Source: Fibrobacter succinogenes subsp. succinogenes S85
Lineage (GTDB): Bacteria > Fibrobacterota > Fibrobacteria > Fibrobacterales > Fibrobacteraceae
Assembly: GCF_000146505.1 (NCBI RefSeq)
Contig: NC_017448.1
Location: 1,080,001-1,112,000 of the forward strand
Length of the DNA stretch: 32,000 nt
Direction: 5' to 3'
Shown: positions 1 through 7,600 of the stretch, in pieces
Numbering within the stretch: the stretch's first letter is position 1
How the letters are laid out: each line of letters starts with the position of its first letter
Notes under the pieces: model-generated
What the model was told of the DNA's origin: nothing
What the model saw: the letters and a program-made list of their open reading frames with translations, nothing else
Databases searched by the model: none
Program-made: the position numbers and the translations under genes

Positions 1-566
1 TCGCCTTCAGAGAGCGAAGAATCCGAAAGGTCCGCCTGCACAGCATCGCGGCGTTCTTCGGGCAAGAAGCTGAGCTTAGCGTCGTAACCCAAGGCGTTCA
101 GCAACTTGAGGTAAATGGTATGGCAAACGCGTCCCACCGGCACAAACGGCATACGGATGAGCCTGTACAGCGGCACGAGCACCACGGATAAAGTATCCGG
201 CTTCAAGTTGCCAATTAAGTTCGGGAAAAAGATGGTCACGATATAAATCACGGCACAAGCGCAAAGCATGTACGCCATGATACCGAGCAGCCAAAAATCG
301 TGCGTCCACTGCCACGGGGCATTCGAGAACAGATAAAATCCAAACACGCCAATGCCCACGTCCGAAAAGATTCGGCCGATGGAGACGGTTTCGTTGTAGC
401 CGCGGTTTTCGACAATCTTTGCAATCTTCGCTTCGCGGTCCGTGCGGTCGTGGTCTTCACGCTTGGCATAGATGGCGGCAAAGACTGCCTTGATTAAAGT
501 AAACGATGCCGAAACTAAAAGAAAGAAAACGAGAAGAACAATCGCAATGGTGTTCGTATCACCCAT
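1..566 (-). CDS. DUF21/CNNM-domain membrane protein (HlyC/CorC family); 3' end lies outside the window
   Basis: The ATG at 566 (ATG GGT GAT) overlaps the ybeY stop by 8 nt. I checked every in-frame triplet down to position 3 and found no stop, so the ORF runs off the window, which explains its absence from the track. The translation MGDTNTIAIVLLVFFLLVSASFTLIKAVFAAIYAKRED...FPNLIGNLKPDTLSVVLVPLYRLIRMPFVPVG looks like the multi-TM N-terminal DUF21 module. Its position directly after ybeY matches the conserved ybeY-ybeX/corC arrangement. Confidence 0.65.
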   Translation of the reverse strand, partial: MGDTNTIAIVLLVFFLLVSASFTLIKAVFAAIYAKREDHDRTDREAKIAKIVENRGYNETVSIGRIFSDVGIGVFGFYLFSNAPWQWTHDFWLLGIMAYMLCACAVIYIVTIFFPNLIGNLKPDTLSVVLVPLYRLIRMPFVPVGRVCHTIYLKLLNALGYDAKLSFLPEERRDAVQADLSDSSLSEG

Positions 567-1044
567 TTTCCATGCTCTCCTTGTCCTTGTATGGATCCAG
601 TCCCAAGAACTCACATTCGCGGGCGCGCATCACCTTGCGGTCGGCGGCCTTGATATGGTCGTACCCCGACAGGTGGAGCAGTCCGTGAACAATCACACGC
701 TTCATCTCGGCAAAAAAGCTATTGCCGTACTGCGGGGCCTGGCGCTTGACCTGGTCCCTTGCGATGTAGATTTCGCCGAGCATTTCTTCTTCGCCCGGGA
801 TTTCTTCGTGCCATTCGAACGAAAGCACGTCCGTCACCTTGTCGAGTCCGCGGTAGTTCTTGTTCATCTCGCGAACGAACTCGTCGGTGCAGAGCACGAT
901 GTTGACGTTGTTCTCCGTGCCTTCTTCGGCAAGGAGCTTGCGGGCCATAGCTTCGAACTTATCCTTCCACGGGAAGGACTCGATATTCCCCTCGCACAGG
1001 AAATCGATAGTGTAGTCTTTCTTTTTACTAGCAGGGTCTGGCAT
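559..1044 (-). CDS. ybeY: Endoribonuclease YbeY (rRNA maturation metallo-RNase)
   Basis: 161 aa. It carries the family-defining zinc motif HGLLHLSGYDH near the C-terminus. Size and N-terminal layout fit UPF0054/YbeY. The start shares 1 nt with the upstream stop (TAATG). Confidence 0.93.
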   Translation of the reverse strand: MPDPASKKKDYTIDFLCEGNIESFPWKDKFEAMARKLLAEEGTENNVNIVLCTDEFVREMNKNYRGLDKVTDVLSFEWHEEIPGEEEMLGEIYIARDQVKRQAPQYGNSFFAEMKRVIVHGLLHLSGYDHIKAADRKVMRARECEFLGLDPYKDKESMENG

Positions 1045-1334
1045 TAAATGTTATACCACTTTTTTAAGACGTTGATAATGGCTTCGGCTTGCGCCTTGCC
1101 TGTAATCTTGAACTTGCCTTGGGGCTTGAACGTGCCTTGCATCTTGCGGTAACGGCGCAGAGAGACCTTCGGTTCGCTGAACTCGCCCGTTTTCGGGTCA
1201 CGGTCCTGGTAGAAGAACATCACGGTCGGCCAGGCGCCCTTCGAAAGGACTTCCTTGCTCAATTCCTTGATGACGACTTCGCCGGTTTCTTCGTCAGTGT
1301 ATTCGACGGTCAAATCTTCGACTTCTGCACTCAT
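1044..1334 (-). CDS. Small hypothetical protein (96 aa), no family recognised
   Basis: The track ORF is 1044..1367. I prefer the internal ATG at 1334 (MSAEVEDLTVEY...) because GGAGGT sits 5 nt upstream (GGAGGTAAAAATG). The protein has an acidic N-terminus and a basic C-terminus, and its stop overlaps the ybeY start. No motif recognised. Confidence 0.55.
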   Translation of the reverse strand: MSAEVEDLTVEYTDEETGEVVIKELSKEVLSKGAWPTVMFFYQDRDPKTGEFSEPKVSLRRYRKMQGTFKPQGKFKITGKAQAEAIINVLKKWYNI

Positions 1335-1366
1335 TTTTACCTCCAATGAAACACAAGTACGATACA

Positions 1367-1375
1367 ATTATAACA
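1367..1375 (-). promoter_or_regulatory. Candidate extended -10 element (TGTTATAAT) for the small-ORF/ybeY/CNNM transcription unit
   Basis: The minus strand reads ...AATAATGTTATAATTGTATCG..., a perfect TATAAT preceded by TGn, about 33 nt upstream of the ATG at 1334. It lies in the only real gap (1335-1395) of this gene string. The -35 is poor (CCCACA). Confidence 0.3.
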
Positions 1376-1395
1376 TTATTATGGAGCTTGTGGGT

Positions 1396-2163
1396 TCACA
1401 CTTCGTGGTGGTGATGCTCGCAGCAGCCACCGTGGGTATGGTCATGGCTCCCGAGAACGCGATGCGGTACCCCATGGGCAATCAAATCAACTTCGCAACC
1501 ATAAGTGCTATGGAGCATTTCTTCGGTCAGGTTCGCCCCTTCGTGGTAATGCACGGAATGGTTCACGCAAACGACGCTCTTCACCTTGTGCGAAAGCGCC
1601 ATCAAGTCGTGCGTCACAATCACAATCGTCATCGTTTCGCTAAATTCTGCAAGCATGCTGTAAAGCGCTTCAATCCCCGCGACGTCAATGTTATTGGACG
1701 GTTCATCCAAAAAGAGAATCTTCGGATTGCAGACAAGAGAACGTGCAATCAGCACGCGCTGGCGTTCACCGCCACTCAGTTCACCCAGACGACGGTCCAA
1801 AAAGGTGCCAATATGCACGCGTTCAAGCGCCGCCTTCACTTCATCCGACTTGGGAGAAAGCCCGGTCTTGCCAGTTGCAACGCACTCGCCCACCGTAATC
1901 GGGAAGTCGATATTCTTGTTCGTATTCTGCGGCACATAGCCGATAGCCACTTTCTTCGTCGGGACCTTTTCGCCAAACACGCGCACCGTTCCAGACGTCG
2001 GCTTCAAGAGCCCGACCATCAACCTCATCAGCGTGGACTTGCCACCACCATTCGGTCCAATAATGGCAACAAAGTCATTTTCGTCAATAGACAAGTTCAC
2101 GTCCGTGAGCACGGGCGACTTACCATAACCAAACGAAAGATCTTTGATGTCAATGGCGGACAT
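1396..2163 (-). CDS. znuC: Metal (zinc-type) ABC importer ATP-binding protein with a Cys/His-rich C-terminal tail
   Basis: Motifs seen: Walker A GPNGGGKST, ABC signature LSGGERQR, Walker B ILFLDEP, H-loop VTHD. It is translationally coupled (TAATG) to a ZnuA-type binding protein. The tail reads HGVPHRVLGSHDHTHGGCCEHHHHEV. Confidence 0.85.
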   Translation of the reverse strand: MSAIDIKDLSFGYGKSPVLTDVNLSIDENDFVAIIGPNGGGKSTLMRLMVGLLKPTSGTVRVFGEKVPTKKVAIGYVPQNTNKNIDFPITVGECVATGKTGLSPKSDEVKAALERVHIGTFLDRRLGELSGGERQRVLIARSLVCNPKILFLDEPSNNIDVAGIEALYSMLAEFSETMTIVIVTHDLMALSHKVKSVVCVNHSVHYHEGANLTEEMLHSTYGCEVDLIAHGVPHRVLGSHDHTHGGCCEHHHHEV

Positions 2164-3035
2164 TACTTTTTACTAGCCTCTCTTAAAGCTTTAACAAACT
2201 TTTCCGTATTGCCAATAAAATCAGCAGCAAGAGGATCTGTTTCAACAACAACGGCACCCAGATCCTTAGCAATCGTTTCTGCAGCGCGCTTGCTGAATTG
2301 CGGTTGCACAAAGACATTTTTTATGTTGTTCTTGCGGCCAAGTTTAACAAGGTTTGCCAAGTCTCTCGGCTTAGGTTCCTTGCCGTTAACTTCAATGGTA
2401 TATTGTTTGAGTTTGAAGTCCTTGGCGAGATACCCATACGTAGGATGGAATACAATAAACGAACGACGATCTTTCGGCATGCTGATAACCGCTTCGTTCA
2501 ACTGACGTTCTACGAGAGCCAATTCATCCTGCACACTAGATGCACGGTTGACATATTCAATGGTATGCTTCGGATCAAGCCGTTTGAGTTCCTGAAAAAT
2601 ATTCTGAGCCAAGAATCTCATGCGAGTCGGCGAAGTCCAAATATGCGGATCCATTTCTTCATGATGATGACCATGGGCGCCATGCTCTTCGTGTTCCAAC
2701 TTCATCCATTCAATGCCCTTGGAAACATCAATAACCTGGACATTCTTGTTCGCGCCCAAAAAGCGAGGCATCCAAGTTTTGTCCAAACCCGAACCATCCG
2801 TAAAATAAACCTGGGCTACAGAAAAAGCCTTGATGACAGCCGGCTTCGGTTCAAAGTTATGCGGATCAGCCCCCGGCGGCAAAAGCGTCACCACATTCAC
2901 GCGGTCGCCACCCAACATTTTAACAAGCGTTGCATAAGGTTGCAACGAAACCGCAACCGTAATACGATCTTCACCCGCCCACAAAATTGCGGGAACAATA
3001 ACAAGCAAAAACAAAAGACGAGCTATACGACGCAT
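2163..3035 (-). CDS. znuA: Cluster A-I (ZnuA-type) periplasmic metal-binding protein of an ABC importer
   Basis: It has a signal peptide (MRRIARLLFLLVIVPAILWA). The conserved DPH..FEP and DPHIW metal-ligand segments are present. An acidic/His-rich loop EHEEHGAHGHHHEEMDPH (2643-2696) is typical of zinc-specific ZnuA rather than Mn-specific homologues. Confidence 0.85.
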   Translation of the reverse strand: MRRIARLLFLLVIVPAILWAGEDRITVAVSLQPYATLVKMLGGDRVNVVTLLPPGADPHNFEPKPAVIKAFSVAQVYFTDGSGLDKTWMPRFLGANKNVQVIDVSKGIEWMKLEHEEHGAHGHHHEEMDPHIWTSPTRMRFLAQNIFQELKRLDPKHTIEYVNRASSVQDELALVERQLNEAVISMPKDRRSFIVFHPTYGYLAKDFKLKQYTIEVNGKEPKPRDLANLVKLGRKNNIKNVFVQPQFSKRAAETIAKDLGAVVVETDPLAADFIGNTEKFVKALREASKK

Positions 3036-3829
3036 TATTTTTTCCCTTCCAAAAAGGCATTAAAATCTATTTCGCTAACGTTATTGACAATAAATTCAGG
3101 CTTCACGTCGAGCTTTTCGACATCCGCCATTTTCGATTCACCGCACAGGGGCAACACAAAACGGCAGCCAGAACGCTTCGCCAATTCAAAGTCCGTATAG
3201 AGACGGTCGCCCACAAAAAGGATTTCTTCGGGGCGGTAAAGTTTCAAAAGTCCAGAGAGCATCGCCGGGTTCGGCTTGCCAAAGCTCATCTCGGGTTCGA
3301 CGCCGTAAGCCGTCTTGAGAAGTGCCATGAAACTCCCGATATCTGGCACCGGGCCGCGTTCATCGGGGCAGACAAAATCCGTATGCGTGACCCAGAACGG
3401 GATGCCGCGCTGCACTCTAAAAGAGAGTTCGCAAAGTTCGCGGTAGTCAAAGCTGTTGTGGTACGCGACAAGCACCAGTTCCGTTTCTTCGACCGAGGGG
3501 CGCAAATTGAGGCTCGGGTCCTGCGCCGCAAACCATTCGTACACTTCCGGATTCGCAAAGAAAAATACGTTCTTGATTTTGCGTTCGTGAATCGCATCGA
3601 GCGAGAGGTACAGAGCCGAGATGATGGAATCATCAGCCAGCGGAAGCCCCATGACCTTGAGGCGGTTCTCGTAAAAGACGGGAGACTTGCTCGTATTGTT
3701 GCTCAAGTAATAGACCGGCACGTGCTTAGCGACGCGATTGACCGTTTCGACCGCACCAGGGTATGGGCGGCCACTCAAATAGAGAGTTCCGTCTAAATCG
3801 AAGACAACAGCTTTTATAGGCTTTTTCAC
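3035..3829 (-). CDS. HAD-superfamily subfamily IIA hydrolase (NagD-like sugar/nucleotide phosphatase)
   Basis: HAD motifs seen: I FDLDGTLY, II YLSNNTS, III GKPNP, IV VGDRLYTD. It uses a GTG start at 3829 with no visible SD. Its stop overlaps the znuA start (TAATG). Confidence 0.85.
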   Translation of the reverse strand: MKKPIKAVVFDLDGTLYLSGRPYPGAVETVNRVAKHVPVYYLSNNTSKSPVFYENRLKVMGLPLADDSIISALYLSLDAIHERKIKNVFFFANPEVYEWFAAQDPSLNLRPSVEETELVLVAYHNSFDYRELCELSFRVQRGIPFWVTHTDFVCPDERGPVPDIGSFMALLKTAYGVEPEMSFGKPNPAMLSGLLKLYRPEEILFVGDRLYTDFELAKRSGCRFVLPLCGESKMADVEKLDVKPEFIVNNVSEIDFNAFLEGKK

Positions 3830-3839
3830 GAGGTGTAAT

Positions 3840-3854
3840 ATAGAAATTTTCTAT
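3840..3854. promoter_or_regulatory. Perfect 7-1-7 palindrome ATAGAAA-T-TTTCTAT in a 35-bp divergent intergenic region (candidate operator)
   Basis: I verified base by base that positions 1-7 are the reverse complement of positions 9-15. It sits between the GTG of the HAD-znuA-znuC string (3829) and the ATG of rsmE (3865). The 7-1-7 geometry is the one used by Fur-family (Fur/Zur/PerR) operators. Confidence 0.35.
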
Positions 3855-3864
3855 TTTAACGTGC

Positions 3865-4590
3865 ATGAAAACTCCCGATAGCCGTTTCTATTGCCCGCTC
3901 ATTAGCGTTGGCACCATTATCTTGGACGAAAACGAAAGTAGCCATGCCGTACGCGTTTGCCGCGCCGTGAATGGAGAAATTCTACAGCTCTGCGACGGCC
4001 TCGGGCATTACGCCGATGCAACAATCACCAAGGCAGACGCCAAAGCCTGCGAAGTCCGCGTAGATACAGTCGAAGACGCTCCGCTCAAGCGCCCACGCCT
4101 GAACCTCGGCATCGCCTGCCTCAAGGATGACGCACTCGAAGAAGTCGTTTTCCATGCGGCACAAACCGAAACGGACAGCATCATCTTTTTGCGTACGGAC
4201 TACTCACAGGAACCCAAAAATTCCGACTTGAAAAAGACGGTTCGACGCGCCGAACTCAAATCGCTCGTGAGCCTCAAGCAATCCAAGAAGCCCTGGATGA
4301 CACGCATCGAAGGGCCGATTGAATTCGATAAGTGGCTCAAGGATTATCAGGGAGACTTGATTCTCTGCGATATCGATGGAGAACGTAAGTTGGATATAAA
4401 TGAAGGCGCTGCCGAAAATAGCAACGCCACGCCAGTTACTTTACTTGTAGGTCCAGAAGGTGGTTTTTCACCTCGCGAGATTGAAGCGATAAAAACGTTC
4501 AAGAACGGGAAGGTCCATTTGCTGAACTTAGGAAACACGCGCCTCCGCGCCCGCACCGCCGCCATTATCGCGTTAGGGAAAGTTTTATAA
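3865..4590 (+). CDS. rsmE: 16S rRNA (uracil1498-N3)-methyltransferase RsmE
   Basis: 241 aa. N-terminal RFY...L.E.ESSHAVRV.R PUA-like segment. C-terminal SPOUT knot motifs LLVGPEGGFSPREIE and LGNTRLRARTAAI. Confidence 0.9.
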   Translation: MKTPDSRFYCPLISVGTIILDENESSHAVRVCRAVNGEILQLCDGLGHYADATITKADAKACEVRVDTVEDAPLKRPRLNLGIACLKDDALEEVVFHAAQTETDSIIFLRTDYSQEPKNSDLKKTVRRAELKSLVSLKQSKKPWMTRIEGPIEFDKWLKDYQGDLILCDIDGERKLDINEGAAENSNATPVTLLVGPEGGFSPREIEAIKTFKNGKVHLLNLGNTRLRARTAAIIALGKVL

Positions 4591-4594
4591 AACG

Positions 4595-4624
4595 AAAAAA
4601 GCCGCGTATCCACGCGGCTTTTTT
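4595..4624. terminator. Bidirectional intrinsic terminator shared by rsmE (+) and the convergent 1274-aa gene (-)
   Basis: AAAAAA-GCCGCGT-atcc-ACGCGGC-TTTTTT. The 7-bp GC stem spans 4601-4607/4612-4618, with an A-tract 5' and a T-tract 3'. It lies between the two convergent stop codons at 4590 and 4630. Confidence 0.85.
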
Positions 4625-4629
4625 AACAT

Positions 4630-7600
4630 TTATCGGACATTCACGATTCGATTTCGTCCAGCAACTCGCAAGAGGTAACGACCGGACTTTGCCACTTGCA
4701 GCATAACCGTAGAACCGTTGGCTTGGCCATGTTGCAACAAGCGTCCCTGCAAGTCCATGAGCGCATAAGAATCACCCACTCGCAAACCGCTAATTTCAAC
4801 CATACGGCCTTGCGTACGGATTGCCACCGGCGAAGCAACAAAAGCAGATGCAATCGAGACCTTGCCGGAACTGCTTGATTTCGGCACGTTCGATGAACTT
4901 GACGATTTCACAGACGAACTGCTCGATTTCACAGAGCTGCTACTAGACTGCGGCACACTGGACGAAGATGACTTCACAGAACTGCTGCTAGACTGCGGCG
5001 CACTCGACGAAGACACTTCCGTCGCACTTGAAGAGCTTGAAGAACTCGAAACGCTCGAAGAGCTAGAACTTCTCGGAGCAGTCACGACAGCGAGCAGGCT
5101 ATCGATAAACTTATCCGAAACTTTATTATTCAACACCGGATACTTATCGCTATCCGACTGCGTCCAAGCAGAACCATCCAAGCCATGATCCCTGTAAGAC
5201 TGCAAACGCTTCAGAAGATTCTTGTTGGCGAAATCTTCGGCAGCAACAGCTGTACCACCAAGTCCCTCCTGCAAACCTTCCAAATAGTAGGCAGCATCCA
5301 AATGAAGGTCCACATAATCCTTCTTGAACCCACAGACACCGCCTATAGAATCTGTTCCAGAAACATTGCCCAAATTGTACGAATTGTAAATAAACGCCGA
5401 ATCGTTCTTAAGAGAACCCACCAAGCCACCAACAACACTCGTTTTCGAGGTCACAGTAGCCACATTGTAGGAGTTACTCAAATGCAAGAAATCAGTCATT
5501 TCGCCACCGATCAAGCCACCAACACTTCGTTCCCAAATAGAGCTAACAGAGCCTTCATTATACGAATACATCATCATAAGCGAGCCATAGATTTCATACG
5601 AAAGGCCCACAAGTCCACCCACATCAGCATAACCTTCAACCGAACCACGATGATAACTAGAAAGCACCAAGGTCTGAGAACGATCCGTGTAGCCAATCAA
5701 GCCACCGACATTTTCATACCCCTTGACGACACCTTCAAAATAAGAATTGGCAATAACTAAAGACTTTCCATACATCTCGCCAACAAAACCGCCAACATCG
5801 TTTCCGCCAGAGATATACGAATCGACAATACCCAAATTCTTGATAATTAGATTTCCCGATTCAATTTTACCGAAAAAGCCCTTATAGCCATAAAGGCCCG
5901 AAATCGTATGACCATTGCCATCAAATACACCTTGATAGTTATTTAACGGGAACCACTGCACAAACGAAGATATTTTTGACGAATCCAGTTTTCCATCGAC
6001 CAAAACATTCTTGTTCAAAACGATATCGTTCGTCAGCTTGGTACATAACGTAGGACGATTTACCGAATACCTGTACAAGGAATCAACAAAGGACGAGAAC
6101 AGAATCAGTTCTCCCTCATCGCCCAGTTCGTAACAGTCGCCCACCATCTGTGGATAATGCCACCACTTTGCATAGAATGTCTGCGTTCCCTTCGCATCTG
6201 CAGGCACACTCTTTACCGGTTCACCCGAAAAATCATCACTAGCATACCAGCCCTTAAAAACATAGTCCTTACGAACAGGAGTCGGCAGCGAAAGTTTAAT
6301 GCCTTCAATGTACGAATTCGAATACTTTACCGTATCTTCAGGGAAAGTCACCAATTTCAATTCAGAAGTTTCAAAGTTCGTCGTAACCTCTCCACTAAAG
6401 ACGGGATAAGCATCATAGCCGACATGCTGGCCCCAAAGCAAACCATTTATACCCGATTCCCCATAGTCATGAAGAAGTTTTGCAACAGAGCCATCCGTGA
6501 ATTTATCAGCATCCACCTGGATAATTCCAAAATCTTTTTCACTACCGCAATTAAAACAGAATATTTCCGTTCCTGTTTTTTCAGAAAAAGAATTGATAAA
6601 TTCAATACTTCCCGCACTAGCCAAACCGACAAGAGGATAAGCTTCTCTAGACTCTTTTTTCGATAACGGATCTGCACCATACGAATTAACAACATAAGAG
6701 TTTGATTCAATATTATTAGTGCCAACCAAAGAACCATTGTATGATCCCATAAAATCAGGATTCACCTTGAGGTCCGCCACGCTATAAGAATTGACGATGT
6801 AAAATTTTCCGGTAGCCCAACTCATCAAGCCACCAATTGAACTATTGTTGCTTTCAAGAACACCGTCAAAATAAGAATCTTCTATTCCTAAGGAATCGCC
6901 CGCATGACTACCGACCAAACCTCCGGCACCACCATACAAATAAGAGGAACCATGACAATTTTTAATAGTCACGGTTTTGCTCTTCGTTTTAACGGATCCA
7001 ACCAATGAGCCTACAGAACCAAAAATGTAAAAATAGGAATCCTCAATTCCGACATTTTCAATCTTGACCTGGCGTGATTCATCAGGTGCGTATACAGTCG
7101 CAAATAAGCCCATTGCATCACGAAGCAAGCTATCATTGAAATAAAGCCCTGATATGGTGTGACCCGCACCATCAAAAGTTCCAGCAAAATTAGTTACCGC
7201 AAACCACGGGATAAAATTACCGCCGTTGCCATTGAGCGTATCCTTTGCTAGCACGTTCTTGTTGACCACAATATCCTTAGTGAGCTTGCCACAGACGGGA
7301 GTTTCACTATACAGCGAGGCATTTGCAATAAAGCCAAAACCATAAAGTTCCTCTGCCGTACCAATCTGATAACAGCCATCTACAACGGAGGGAGTCTTCG
7401 CAACGATATTCAATGTCGAAGAACCGACCACGAATTTTCCGGACAACTGCGGTATATCATCGACGCCAAGCCATTGTCCCCATACCGAGCCATCAATTCC
7501 GTCCTTATTGTAATTACGTAAACGTTGTGCCAGCGTCCCATCTTTCAGCTCTTTTTCATCAATATTTATACCATATTTACTACTCGCCCACGAATCAACA

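Noticed and set aside
76-481. Track ORFs 76-315 and 248-481 (minus strand) at the left edge
   Set aside because: They are in the wrong frames. The third minus frame is open from 566 to the window edge and encodes a coherent multi-TM DUF21/CNNM protein coupled to ybeY.
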